A stretch of DNA of 64,000 nt from Balanoglossus misakiensis (Eukaryota > Animalia > Hemichordata): positions 12,961,129 to 13,025,128 of the forward strand of contig CM082576.2 in assembly GCA_040954595.2 (NCBI GenBank), given 5' to 3'. Position numbers and translations under genes: made by a program. Under the pieces are notes generated by a model that was not told the DNA's origin, made no database searches, and saw only the letters and a list, made by a program, of their open reading frames with translations. Positions 24,801 through 38,304 of this stretch are shown here, piece after piece (the stretch's first letter is position 1; each line of letters begins with the position of its first letter).

Positions 24801-27800
24801 GTTTCCCGATACATCCATTGGTGGTATATGGTACATGGTAGTTTCCACCACATCGCTCGTCTAACTTCCAAGCAACTTTTCCGTTCGATGCATTCAAATA
24901 GTGGACTGCCTTCGCTTCCTTCCATATTTCATCCGCACCGTATAAGTAGATTCTGGTTATGTCCCTCCTTTTCACCCAAGCTAGTGTCTTTTCCCGATCT
25001 CCGACACATCAATTTTGGTCGCTGCCATCTTGTGTGAGCACTGCCTTATGGGTTTGACTGTTCACTAAACGTCTGTAACCAGCGGCTACAGTTGGAACAT
25101 GCGTGTGAGACGAGCTACGCGCTTTCCAATGATCCCGCTTCCTGCTGACATGGCCATTTCCATGGATACAATATATATGCACAGAACTGTCTATTGGAAA
25201 AGGTCGGCAGCGCACTCACATCGCCCTTGAATCACCGAGGATGTTAAATCGAAATTTGGGTTTACATGGATTCAAGTGTCCCACTGTCAGTCCCCTGTGA
25301 AATCTAACCGTGTGTGTCTGTGTCTTCTCACTCACCTTTGACCTTTGTTTGCAGGATAATGAAGTGGACGCCTGGGAACTGCGCGACGTTCTGACTGCCG
25401 CTCTGAGATCAGGTGAGACGGACCAACGCACACAGTACAACCGTTGACGAAAAGAAGTTTAACCTCATTACAGAAGTTCCACATACAACATTTCAAAAAA
25501 TAACAAATTGACGTTAAGCTTCCTTTATGCCATAAACCAGTGACGAGAAATGGATCCCCCATCAACAATTAAACCTCCTCCCATCAGAATAACTTCTCAT
25601 GGGATTATCACTTTTCCCATACTTCCTGCCTTGTTCATTTCTCACGTGGTTTATCATCCTGTCTGCCACCCATGTCTGATTTAAAGAAAAAAATTACACG
25701 ACAGTGAATTTAGAAATGGAATGCTAGTCCAATTATTGACTGTCATAATTCAACAGACAGTATCAAGAATACGCGCTTTCTGATCACCATCTTCATTTTT
25801 TTCTGTCAACAGATCTCAAAGACGGTCAAGGGTTGAGTGTGGAAGCCTGCAAGAGTATGGTGGCCTTCTACGACGTATCCTTGACTGCTCAATTTACTTC
25901 TTGTCTCCACAGAACGTTGACAGTGTTACCTGGGCAGTTTAAAGTCGCACGCCCTATTTTGTGAGATGTTACTCTTTTGTAAGATTCCAAATGTAGGCAA
26001 TTGGTCTTGAAATGAGGTGTGCATTGCGCGACTCTGGTATTTGTGGAGAGGGTCGCCCATATAAGTTGTTGACTTTTTACCCACAATGTAACTGTTAAGT
26101 GATATGAGTCATTTACATGGAGTAATAGTACCATTTGAGATAGTGAGAATTGCTTATTTACACGAGGCAGGTCTGTCAAAGCAATGTGTTTTTGTTTGGA
26201 AAGCCTGCAAGAAGCTGAAGACTGTATGGATTGCCACTTTTGAAACCTCGCGCCGTGGTAATGACTCTAAGTTGTAGTTGTTGACACCACGCGACACGTC
26301 GCATTTTCTTGCCTGCCAAGTCCATTGTCACATACCCCAGGCTGAGGGAACAGCTCGCGTTGAAATGAGGTTATTGCTTGATTTTTTTCTCTCGGAATTT
26401 CTTAACACAATACCACAGGATGACATGACTGGCAAGCTGGGTGTTCAAGAGTTTATGGACCTGTTTCAAGATGTTAGGTCGTGGAAGGTAAGATATTTGG
26501 AAGATATGTCGAGTATTTTGGTCGCATCAAATTCTGAACACTGAATTTGGATTCAAGACTTGTCCCCTTTTGCTCAATCGTTGTCTTAAAAGATGACAAA
26601 TCAAACTTCAGATTGTCCCTTGTCATTGTGTCTTTGTGTTGATTTTTACCCAACTGTTTGCATTAATTTAATCTGTTGTAGCATTCTTTGTTGTTAGGGT
26701 GTAAGAAAAATCCTGCTGTGTGAGAGGCATTCTTTAAGAGTTGCAAAAATGATGTTGGTCTTATTTGGATGGCCAGAGTTCAGTGAAATCTGTGTGTGGT
26801 TGAGTGCAACAGTGTGTCTGATTTTAATAGTCTCAAGTTTGCGACAGCTGATAAAGTGATCATTAACATTTATCCTGGAATATCAGTTGTCAAATCTCAA
26901 ATGGTGATCAGATACCGTTGAATCATACTATTTGGATTTTTCTGACGCCATTTGTTTCACCAAACCCTTTGAGGTGGCTAGTATCACAACTCATTTTTTT
27001 GGTATGATTTAATGGACAGGGCTGAACTGTTCAAATCTAGTCCATTATCATAACTGATGAGTGCGTATATTTTCGTTTTTGTGTAAAATATGCAGGATGT
27101 GTTCAAGAATTATGATAAGGATGGCTCTGGATCTTTCGACGCGATTGAACTGCGCGATGCTTTGCGTAGTGTTGGTAAGTTTTTATGTCTGTCCGTAAAC
27201 GGACTAGACTTTCCGAACGATTTCTGTGATCACATCAGATTGGTGATTACATATTCCTTACTACCCATCACTTCAATTCAACAAAGTGTGATGGCAGATG
27301 TGACAGGAGGAGACCAGATTTTCTCACCCGGGGCAATTGTTCATCTTCAGATAAAAGGATTTTGTAATTTCTCAAATACTGGCTAATATTCAGTGTGACA
27401 GTCGATCAAATTTACATATGTTTTATATTTTTGTTGTCAAGGAAAACACTGCTAGGTGGTTGGAGAAAGTATCGTGATAGTCATATATAGATGAAGGAAA
27501 AATGTTTCCGCTGACAAATGTAGCTGTTGATGGTGACTGTGACAGCAGTTCCACCTAATGGACTTAAAAGACTGTTGTTTAGAAAGTCAGGACTTGAATT
27601 CACTTTTAAACAAAACCAGTGCTGACGTTAACATGTAATGCCCGGTTTGAGAGACTTAATGCAGGGTATGCACAACTAGACACTACGGTTTATAAATAAG
27701 ATGCAAATGGTTCAAGATCCACTATCCGTAACATTTTATTATTATTAAGTATATTTATTCTCTGTACAGACATCTTCTCAGCACCATCCATGGGACAATG

Positions 27801-28830
27801 ATCGGCTTTGTTAACGTTATTATTGAAAATTGTATGCATGTCAGAACTTGTATACATTTATCAATGATAACAATGGACTGTACACACACACACATGCATG
27901 CTTGTTGATGGGCTGAAAACTGGGGATTTTAGAGCAGGAAAAGAAACAAGAAAATGCAGTTGATATACACAGTCATAATAATAGATAGTGGCCGTTTTAC
28001 CAGTAGTTGAGGTTGGCAGACTTATTCCCCCCGAAAAAGTCTCCTATAATGAACAATTTTCAAATACAGTGGTTAGTATTTTGTAGATAATTTTTCGCCT
28101 ATGTTTCTCGCAATCAACAGGTTACAGCTTGAGTAGCAAGGCACTCATCTCTCTGGTACTTCGCTTCGCTGAAAAGGATGGCAAAATAGACCTGGATAAC
28201 TTCATCCACTGCGCTATCAAGCTGAAGGGAATGTTCAGTGAGTAGGCTGCCATCTTGTTTGGTTTCGCATTTGCCACCAGAGATGCTGACTGTCATGTCT
28301 GTACTAACCAGCTCGTGAATATGTATGATCAGTTGCCTTGGTGATGCATTGCATGCTTGGTAAGGTGGTTATTAAAAGATGGCTGACTAGTGGATTATTT
28401 AAATTTGTATGTGTGGTTCAATCCGATATAAACCGCCGACATCCTTGATGGTAGATGTTACACTGACCACCATCTGTTTGTCTACCACATGTGCTTAGCC
28501 TTTACTGATGGTGCCATTTTTGTGCTTTGAATTTAATTTTACAGAGGCGTTTCAAGCTCATGACGAAACTGGGAGTCAGATCACCCAATTTGGAATTGAT
28601 GACGTGAGTACCTTTTAGAGTGTGGAACTTACATGAACCAACTGTTGCACCAACTAATGTACATTTGTAGTTAAAGTCGAATAGTTTTATTCATCTCATC
28701 TGTCTGTGATTCATGTAAATGTAGTATTGTATTACTCATAAAATATTCGCCAGTGTACTATGTGCAAATTTTAAGCAACTTTGTGTCTTTTTATTTCTTA
28801 CAGTTTATTGAGACGACCATGTATTCCTAA
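15872..28830 (+). CDS. Classical calpain large subunit, paralogue 2 (complete: CysPc, CBSW and penta-EF-hand domains)
   Basis: 18 coding exons: 15872-16039, 18030-18099, 18954-19206, 19757-20006, 20525-20625, 21214-21291, 21785-21945, 22597-22757, 23107-23324, 23695-23737, 24312-24389, 25355-25412, 25813-25874, 26419-26487, 27096-27174, 28121-28237, 28545-28603, 28804-28830. Catalytic triad intact: QGMLGDCWLLA (Cys), GHAYS (His), RNPWG (Asn). Confidence 0.96.
16850..16920. repeat. Imperfect 71-bp hairpin, probably a repeat-element fragment
   Basis: Outer arms gattttggtacaattcg/cgaattgtaccaaaatc and inner arms catatagcac/gtgctatatg. Confidence 0.75.
17692..17917. mobile_element. MITE with GG..CC ends and TTAA-like flanks
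   Basis: ctaa-ggcaaaaaaatacgtgctgttccgatta ... taatcagaacagcacatattattttagaggcc-ttaa; internal cctaccc repeats. Confidence 0.65.
20117..20327. mobile_element. Partial copy of the 347-bp MITE family
   Basis: Similar to 12455-12801; ends in ...ctttaa. Confidence 0.8.
22001..22074. mobile_element. Degenerate copy of the 85-bp piggyBac-like MITE
   Basis: ctaa-ccctttcac...ggtggtgaaagga-ttaa. Confidence 0.65.
25875..26418 (+). other. U12-type intron in calpain 2
   Basis: GTATCCTTG donor and TTTCTTAAC branch site close to the AG; same position as the U12 intron in calpain 1. Confidence 0.9.
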
Positions 28831-30623
28831 GGAGGGTACCACGACTTCAACGCACAGACCTCTTTGAATTTCAATCTCAGGCTTTAAGGATATGTATGCG
28901 TGGTCCCGAGAAGTAAACAATTAATGTAGTGACAACGCCTATCATAAGATTTTTTAAAAATTGAAAGTTTTCTAACAATTATTATGAATAATTACAACTT
29001 GGATGATCAGCAGTATAGGTTTAAGAGGTGATGGTATAATCATACATGAATTTTTTTTGAGGGGGGGGGGGCGTTTTGCCACCAGCAGTAGTATTTTCTG
29101 GTAGTTGTTTGAAGGTATAGTTTGTTCCTTGCCAAAGATTCAAGAAATTGTTTTCAAAAGTATCTGCTACAGGTGCATCTTTTTTGTTTATTTCTGTAAA
29201 ATGATCATGGTTGAAGGTGGCGTTTTCACAAAAAAGCGAGGCAGTGTTGTTTTTTACAAGGACTTGGCAACATCTGTGTACAATTCTCATGTCAGAGAAC
29301 GGGAAAGGTTCTTTTTTATTCAAAAGGTGGTATAATACATTCAACGATTGGCAGTCAGAGTGTTCTATCAGAAGAAACTCGACAATCCTGTACTGGGAGT
29401 TTTAAGAATAAATAGGACACTGTTACTTGATTGTTCAATCTAGATCGAAAATTATATGCAGTATCGGAGAGGTTATTTTATGCACTTGTAAGCAAATCAA
29501 CCTTTAAGCAATTTAGCCAATAAACAAAAGGGGAAAAACGGTACCCACTTGTGACACTATACTGTGATGAGTTCAATATCTTTTGATGCCTTATGTATGC
29601 TGTTCACTGAAACATCTTCGATTACTGCTGGTCACATTTCAACTCACACACCCTGTATATATGGACACAAGTATGACTGCTTTGATCAACTTTTAGTTCA
29701 CGAATTATCGGGATCGTTCAGTAGCCAATGAATGAGAGAAATTGTTTGTGGTTTGTTTAGTACAAGTCGCAAGTTATCCAAATATAAGTGGACTGACTTC
29801 TTCGAGATAGCTTTCATTATTTTTTTTCAGTGTCGATTGCTTTCTGCTGTGTCAGTGTACAAATAGCGACAGCCTGGGGGAGTGTAAGACCCAACCAGAT
29901 AGTCTAGAGTAAATTAGCGAAAAGAACACGCATGTTCAGATGGAACTAAGAAAAGTTTTGTTCGGTCATTTTGAAAGAGCGGTGCGAGCTTTCTGGTGGA
30001 AATTCGTGCATTAACGCGTCTTGTTAACACGACGGAGTAACAGGAGAGGGAAATGCACGGTATTTTGTAGGCACGGTTGGAAAATTTGTCAGCTTTGGGG
30101 CATGGACCCATACAGAAAGCCAAGCCTCTGCTTTACTTCTTGGAGGAGAAGGACCGAGTGGACGAATGGTTTCTTCACAACGTTTTGTCCTTGTGTGTTG
30201 TGTGGACGCATGTTCATTTTGGTGAGAAGTTCAGGACATACGAAACACATATCAGTGTGCAGATGGTATAACTTCTTTTTTCCCTCCGTATTGCACCAGC
30301 CTCCATTCGACATCGCATAAGAAAAAAAACATTAAAATTGTGCTACTGGTATTGCTGTAAGTTTTATTAGACCTAATTTAAACACAGGAATCAAGCTATG
30401 TGTTACTTTTACTAATGACTACAATGCGGGGAAACTGGGAAATGCCACATCGCGATGGCAAAATAAATGCAAAGAAAAAAGACTATTCAAAGAAATATTC
30501 ACGACGATACATATTCGTGAAACAAGAATAGTCAAAATGAAGCGGAAACACAAAGCATTTTCGTCTAATTCGTGATTTTTGTCAACAATCCATATTCTCG
30601 AAAGGCAAGGTGTACGACATTTC

Positions 30624-33600
30624 TCACTTGCCAGCCTTGTCGGTTTTTCTCATCTCCCTAATCTTTGCAACTTGCTTGGGGGATTTCATGTAGTGACGTT
30701 CCTTTGGCAGGTTCTCCTTCTTTTTAAACAGAACTCCAGTTGTGTCCTTCTTGCTGGTTCTCTTGGCTTGTTGTTCGACGCGGTAGTTGACGTCGTCATA
30801 ACGCCGGAACTTGCCGCTCTTCTTAAACGATTCCTTGCTGGGGACACTATCCTTCTTGTAATAATAGCCGGTAGTCATATAAGGATCTGTAATATGATAA
30901 ATAGTATGGGTATAGCTGGAGAAACGATGGGCGGTATAATCTCTACAACGTTGTTTCGCGAGTCACTGGACTCGCTCATCAGGAGACTCGCTCATTTATT
31001 AGTCTCCATCTGGTGTCCTGATGAGCGAATCCAATGACTCATGAAACAACGTTGTAGAGATTATACCGAATCCGTGGCAAAACGCGACCAACAAAGAAAT
31101 GGAAAAACAAGAAAACTGCTATCATATATTGGTGTTCCGGTTTGTGTTTGTCGAAGAAGTGAAAAACACATGCAAGTTCCTTTTTTTCATGTTTGTGCTT
31201 TTCTCTCCTGTATACCTATGACCGAAACCCGGAGCCCTCCTTTCTACAGAGTGGTCTAAGTATGACCATTCATTTTACAATAAAACGGTAAATTGAGTTG
31301 CAGAGATATTTCAGCTTCTTTCTATTTCCGTTCTACTTTTTTGACTACTTTCGCACTGTAAATTCTAATACCAACAGCTGTCACACTCGACAGCGAAAAC
31401 ACTGCAAAGTATTAATCAGTAAATAAAAATAAGCCAAAGAGATTTCTGAAACACAATGTCATCCATACTCACAGGGAGTGCCTGGGTCACCACAATATTC
31501 CTCATCGGAGCCATCATAACAGTTCTGATAGCCATCACATATCATGTAAGATTCCACATCTTCGCAGTACATTTCACCGCTATAATCGTCATAAACAGGG
31601 CATGTGTAGAATGAAGGACCTGTGCGAATAAAACAAAGCAATGGGTTGTATGCGTGGCTGAAATCGCCTAATTTTAATTTGGTCTGACTTCAAACACAGT
31701 CAGGATAAAACAGATACATATTGTGAGAAAGGGAACTTTGTAAAAATAGAATTCTCGTATTCGAACTATCGCTAGCTACCCACATGTTAAAAGTGTCTTT
31801 AACAGCAGATTTGTTCATGAAAAAAGTGCACAGTTCTTGGTCTGAACTTATCTGGTGTTTCGAACAAAATAAATATGTATGATGGTGAAAAGAAAATATG
31901 TGGATCTGTTCCATTTCAAACAAGAGGTCTATGACATTCTTTATATACTGACAGTTTCATAAATGAAATGTGCGATTGTGTAGTTCAATAGTTTTCAGCT
32001 ATATAGAACAAACGAAGTCACACGAAAGCACCGCGAATCTCATTTTGCACAGTATTGCCAGCTCTACATTATGTCAAATAACTCCGAAGTAAATGGGATT
32101 TTAACACAGTCACAGGAACATTCTAGATTTTGTTTTCATTTATGACATGTCTGGTAGAGACGAATGCATATAACATCAGTATTTTGACTCACCACACATG
32201 TACTCCATCTCGTCTTCGCCATAAACACAGTCTGGGTAGCCATCACACTCCCACTCACACGGGATCTCGCCCCATGTCTCGTATTGGTAACCCATTTCAT
32301 CATATTCATTCATATAACATCCAAAGGTGCACGTGTAGCCACCTGAAGGCATCCACAGTGATATAGACAGTGTGATAGCAACCATTCATGTAATGTTTCC
32401 CCCACAAAAGTACTATTACATTTATTTCCCGTGCTGTTTTGCGTGAATATGAAATGTGAGATCATGCGATGAGCGTGCATTAACGGAAATACACTGCAGG
32501 AAGCCAAACTGTATTTAAAAAGCGCCCCAACCGTCATCGGTTATTACAAAATACGGACATAACGAACTATCGATAATATCTCGGTCGCCAGCTTATCGTA
32601 CCGACGAGGTTCTATACTGTATAATAGTAGTTGTTGACAAGGTTCGACAAACAGCAATGGCATCTCACCCAGCCGAACTGTGTTTGTTATTACAAAAGAA
32701 AGATTGCCGGAATCACCAATGAACAATCAAATTGTATTCTATGCGACTAGCACCGATTCATGCAGCTAGGAGATCAGCAAGCAATGTTACCACTGCCCAA
32801 CTGTGGTATGAAATGCGTTTTTTTATATTAAATGATTCTACAATCTGGGGACAATTCTACTTACATCCATCTTCGTCTTCACCACCGGGGCAGTCCGGCC
32901 AACCATCACAGAAAAAGTCGCAGGGAACACTGTCCATGTTGTAAGGGTCACACGGGCAATCATTATCTTGAAATAACAACCGTACAACACAATTATGAAA
33001 GATGACATTTTTCTGTTTTCGTGGCATTTACACTTTTTTGACACAACAACTATAAGATTAAATCATCCCGTGTTAAGGTAAGTGTCATTGAAGTACAGGA
33101 GGAGTGAATCACTGAAATATTTCCACTTAAACCGGGAATTGTCATAAAATATTATCATTCTTACTTATACCACAGTTGTATTCATCACTGCCATCAACAC
33201 AGTCCATGAAGCCATCACACACTTGGTACCAGTAAATTGGCGAGGTTTGAGTATAGTCCATGTCATAGTAAGTGACGCAGTCATAGGCGTAATCACCTGA
33301 TGAATAAAGAAGATATTTTCAACGGTGTTTTACCTTCCCTGATAAAATATTGACAATTTACCTTGAGTTTGTCTAATACACTCTGCATACATACTTTGAC
33401 GTCACGGCAACTATAACAGTCCCACCACCGCCATTATCCTCACCGAACATTATCATTCACAACGAAAGTTACTCACCATCATCATGGCAGCCATCATGAT
33501 GCACTGAACAATCTGAAAAATGAATAACAATTTTATATGAAATCGAGCATGTCTTTCTACTTCTACGACACTTATTGTGTCTTTTTGCTGCTTTATTTGC

Positions 33601-34874
33601 TGCCTGTTAATTAGGTAGCAGTATGTGCGCACGGGTGCAGTTCCCCAACATGCAAAGGATACGCCGTCCATTAAAAAGAATACGTCACGAAATGCTTTTT
33701 TTAATACACGTATCTAACTTGATAATGCCACATTGCACGGAAGTATTGGTTGAAATTGATGAGACAAAAATATACTTGCAATTAAATATTGCTTCAGCAT
33801 CCTCTCTGGCTTTACAAGCGGCAGCGTCTTCATCGTCGAAGTATGAATAACAGTCAGTGTAATTGTCACACACGAATTCTGCCGGCATACAGTAGCCATC
33901 GCAGCGGTATCCCAGGGGGAAATTAAAAGACTGGTCCACGCATACTGGTGAACAAATCAAAGAGACAATCAGACAGAAAGATAGTATCATGAAGTTACTT
34001 TCAAAGTTGCATTTGATAAGAATTCGAAACTCTGAAAGAAGACAATGGTGAATTTTGTCATTTGGGAGAGTAAGTTTCTTATAGTCAGGAGTAAAACAAG
34101 GAATAGTGATTTCCCGCTCGTTGCGAGATCTCGGGAGACTTATTTATCGTAGCAACGGCTTGGTAGCCAAGTAATACAATCATGCAGCTTTATATGAAAC
34201 TAGAATATCTGCCTGGTTTATAATAAAATGTTTCACTTTCTGCATTGTGTCGATTGTTCTGTGACATAGTGTTGTTTCTCATATGTCACGAGAATGTCCC
34301 ACACATACATTGCCCAGCTATGCGAAACATCGCAGGGTTTCGTGAAGTTCGGAAAATGTTCTATTGCACATGTCAATTGAGCGTGTATTAAAACATACTC
34401 GGTGATATCGGATATCGCCAGTGTTAATAATGTCTGCAGAAAACACCTGTCAAGCACAATTCACTTACGTTCGGCACCAAAATGATTTCCCAGTTCGATG
34501 ATTATCTGGGACAGGATGTCATCTCCTAAATAATAATTGGGATCTGACGGGTCACCACCATTGTAATAGTCTGGGATTTGTTTCTTTTCCTCAGCTTTGT
34601 ACGGGATATTGAAGCGTCTTCGCTGCCAGAGTAAATGTAAAACACTAATGCATATATGTACTGCCGATGAACTTCTTGTTACCGGTAAAATAAAGTGGTA
34701 TTTTTCACAGGTGATAAATAAATGAGATAAAAAAACATCCAATGACGGTGTATACGAACGACATCAAAACCTATGAACGGCTTTTACATGCAGACTTACC
34801 TTGTTAGGGTTGCTGGCGCCGACAGCGATGACGATGAGGCACGTGCACGCAACGAAAATCGTGAAAGCATGCAT
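30624..34874 (-). CDS. Secreted LDLa-repeat protein with basic C-terminal tail, copy A (5 LDLa-like modules)
   Basis: Exons 34874-34800 (signal peptide MHAFTIFVACTCLIVIAVGA), 34622-34469, 33944-33780 (GC donor), 33512-33477, 33296-33165 (or 33171), 32966-32865, 32342-32193, 31619-31473, 30886-30624. Phase-1 exons carry CDGxxDCxxGxDE motifs; no transmembrane segment. Confidence 0.8.
30938..30988 (-). ncRNA. Type I hammerhead ribozyme (minimal, Penelope/retrozyme type)
   Basis: Minus strand reads AGUCUC-CUGAUGA-GCGAGUC-cagu-GACUCGC-GAAA-CAACGUUG-UA^GAGAUU: complete conserved core, 6-bp stem I, 7-bp stem II and palindromic stem III (ACAACGUUGU). Confidence 0.85.
31012..31068 (+). ncRNA. Degenerate inverted second hammerhead copy
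   Basis: ctgatga-gcgaatc-caat-gactcat-gaaac-aacgttgta-gagattatacc: core retained, stems I and II mismatched; inverted relative to 30932-30984. Confidence 0.65.
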
Positions 34875-35041
34875 GACTCTTGATGACCCGAAGGTACTGA
34901 TATCAGAAGTCTGTTTCACAAGTGTGGCAAATGTTGTCAATTTCCGCGATATATATTGGTGAGGGTACAATGTGGCCTTTTGATTCTGGAAAGTGGTCTC
35001 AAATATTTGTTGACTGTTCAAACACCAACAGACTTACAGTA

Positions 35042-35227
35042 TTTCCGCTATAGTAAAATGAACAAATCATTCAACTAACACACGAATATTTATTTTTCTC
35101 AAAAAATCACGCGCTTAGGTCAAAACATATGTAAACAGTAAACAGGACAAGTTAGAGCTTGATTTTTTGAGAAAAATAAATATTCGTGTGTTAGTTGAAT
35201 GATTTGTTCATTTTACTATAGCGGAAA
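35042..35227. repeat. Perfect 68-bp inverted repeat with 50-nt spacer upstream of LDLa gene A
   Basis: Arm 35042-35109 is the exact reverse complement of 35160-35227. Confidence 0.92.
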
Positions 35228-35480
35228 CCAATACAATACCACTATGCAATCCAAAACCAATTCAGTGCGGAAGTTAACTAATTTAGTGGACACGAGAAAG
35301 TTGAATAAAATTGCGACATGTAGAGAACGGGATTGTTAATATGACGCCAATCTCTTATATTGCATGATCATAGCTGTATATACATCTAAATACCCACAGC
35401 AGAGGCCGATTTGTGACAGGACCTGTAACAACTTGGCCCGATTTCTGTGCCATGTATGAAACTAAATTAATTATATGCAC

Positions 35481-35587
35481 GAACGTTGATTCACTATATA
35501 TCCACATGTAGAATAACATAAACAGTGTCTTGTATCAAACATAATTAATGGGAAAAGGGCAGCGAGAGAGAGACTTTGTCCCTTTAA
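35481..35587. mobile_element. Terminal fragment of the 347-bp MITE family
   Basis: Matches 12700-12805 and ends gtccctttaa. Confidence 0.8.
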
Positions 35588-38304
35588 TCAACTATACCTC
35601 TTGGTATGGCTGATATTTCACCGATACGCAGATTTAAACCTGCCATTTCATTGTAGAAAAAAAATCTACTGAGATATTGCCACTTAGTCCAATAAGCTAT
35701 GTAATAAACTATAAGCGCCAGTATACGTACCCGGTGTAGGACTTTTTCTTTTTTTCTCAATTTCAAAACGAAGTTCCAGTACATTATCAGTTGCTTTAAT
35801 AACAATACAACTTTTGACGTGAAAGCGGCAAAGATATCATAAGTAAATCTTGTGAAATCTTTCTTCTAATGAAATATTACACATGTCATTCCTCCGACCA
35901 ATATGCTTACAGGTCAGAACGTACGTAACTAAGCACTGTGGCACGAGTTAAGTTGTAAATGTCAAAGCATGTTGACGAAGCTGACATACAAACATGCAAT
36001 TATTGTGACGTTTACAAAGATTTTGGTACATGTTAAAACCTATCCCTTTGGAACTCTATTTGAAAGTACATTAAAATTTATAGCAATGTAGTTTTACATG
36101 CTTTTTTATTTCACGGATAATTATGACAAAGCTTCTCAGAGTGTACCTCCGGGACACAGCACTTAACGTTTCAATCGAATTCACATTTACAAAGGTTTAT
36201 AATAATATTGTTTTGTACTTTGGATCACAGCAAAACGAGTTGAGTGTGGACATGTTTCTACTTGCTGATTAATCGCCTCAAATGAACTGTGTGGCTATTG
36301 AATATCCATGGTGATATCCTAAACATTCGAGCAACAAATGACAAAATTTGATTTGCTTAGTCTTTTGATTTGTTAGCTCGTCACTTATCGCTGAAATATA
36401 TGAGACAAAAACTCCATGCTGGCAGCAACGGACACGTTTTATACAATCAGTCATGCACAACTTACATTATTGACAGAAGGAAGGAAGGAAGGAAGGAAGG
36501 AAGGAAAAAACATCGTTTTGGCGAACTTTTATTGTTACGGAAAAAAAACTGGCTCAATAGTGGTCCAAAAGAGCATAAATATACGGCTGCTGTCCTGGAA
36601 GCCACTTGACTCGAGCTCGAATACACACCGCCAACAACCCATCTCAGCCAGCGAAATCACTGTGACGCTTAAAATCACGGCCACATGCTTTTCCTAAGCG
36701 TTGTTCAAGTATGTATTTTGTGCCTGCCATTACAGATTAATATCACCGCCTTTGGTGATTCAACTGGTACAATGTGCGTTGCTCTATAAACATGATATGA
36801 ACGGCTACCCGTCGTCTTCCCAATCAGTTATAGTATCATTCTGTTCGAGTAGTTTCTTTCTATTCTTTCCCCCAACCAACAGTCAACTGACAGGATGAAA
36901 AGTAAATGTACAAGCAATGAAAAGTAAAGTGCCTTGCTCAAGGATACCGCAATGTGTAAACTGAGAAATCGCCATTCTCCAACAATGAATCTGCAATGTA
37001 CATGTACAGTCCTCCACTATTGAGTTTTAATACAATCATCTCTGAACCACAATGTCTCCTGAAGTTAGATTCGTTCTTTGCCAAATGGGGGCGCTGCTAA
37101 CCTCTGACAAGTATCCCCGCCATTTTGTTTCCAGCCATGTCCAAATTATAGCGCATTTATAATGAAATAGCCATGCCATTGCACATGTTCAGTGTCCATT
37201 GCACACTTGCAGTGATGTGCTAAGACTGGACAAAATTGGCAAAATTTACGCAAGCAAGACTAGTAAGAACACTGATGTGAACACTGATGGTTGGGGCATA
37301 AAGCATCCCTTCAAAATAAATGATTCTCACCAAGTGATGAGATTATGCTGCTTGAACTATATTCGCTGATTCACACTAACGATTCTCTCGGCTCTAACGT
37401 CGAGGGCGTGCAGTTAAACAACGACATTCTGGCGACAGAAAAAAGGAGAGATACAATTTTATACCGGACACTTCTCACTTTAATTGAGATACTCGCTCTC
37501 AATCACAAACAATACTTTATAGTTTTGGCTGATGTATACATGTACAACGCCCACTTGTGGGGGGAAATTTGAGGTATGTATTTGACAGACTTCATCTGAA
37601 CGGCTTTCGCCAGACTGTCGTTTGTCGTCCGGAAGAGCAAATGCAGTCTGGGTAACCGAGACTAGTTCGGGGACGAAATCTGAACGAACTAACGAAGTGT
37701 ACAGAGTCTTGGGACCCTGTAGTCTCTGTTGGTGAAAGATGTACAGGTGCGCTTTAGGAAGCCTAACATCTTTTAGGAATTACAAACAATGGAATTGAGC
37801 AAAATTTAAACATTATCTCAAATGTGTGTACCATGCAGGTAGAAACATCGTTGTCCGTACTATGCGCGGGTGTCTTGCTTGCATGAATTTTGCCAATATT
37901 ACTTGCACCATTCTGAAAATCAAAGCTGGTGGAAAGATATTTCTGAAGATGGTATGAATGTTTCCTCCGATATTGCACCATCCTCCACTCGACATCGCAT
38001 AAGAAAAAACACACATTGAAATTGTGGTCATGGTATTGCTGTAAGTTTATTAGACCTAATTTAAACACAGAAATCACGCTATGGGTTACTTTTATGGACT
38101 GACTACAATGCAGGGAAGTTGGGAAATGCCACACCCGGTTCGCAAAATAAATGCAAAGAAAATAAACTGTTCAAAGAAATATTCACGACGATAAATTCGT
38201 GAAACTTCATAACAAGAATAGTCAAATTAAAGCGGAAACACAAAGCATTTTCGTCTAATTTGTCAACAATCCACATTCTCGAAAGGCAAGGTGTACAACG
38301 TGTC

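Noticed and set aside
36895-36950. aagtgccttgctcaaggatac SINE-like motif (a similar weak motif lies near 14297)
   Set aside because: Too short and degenerate to delimit an element or identify Pol III boxes.
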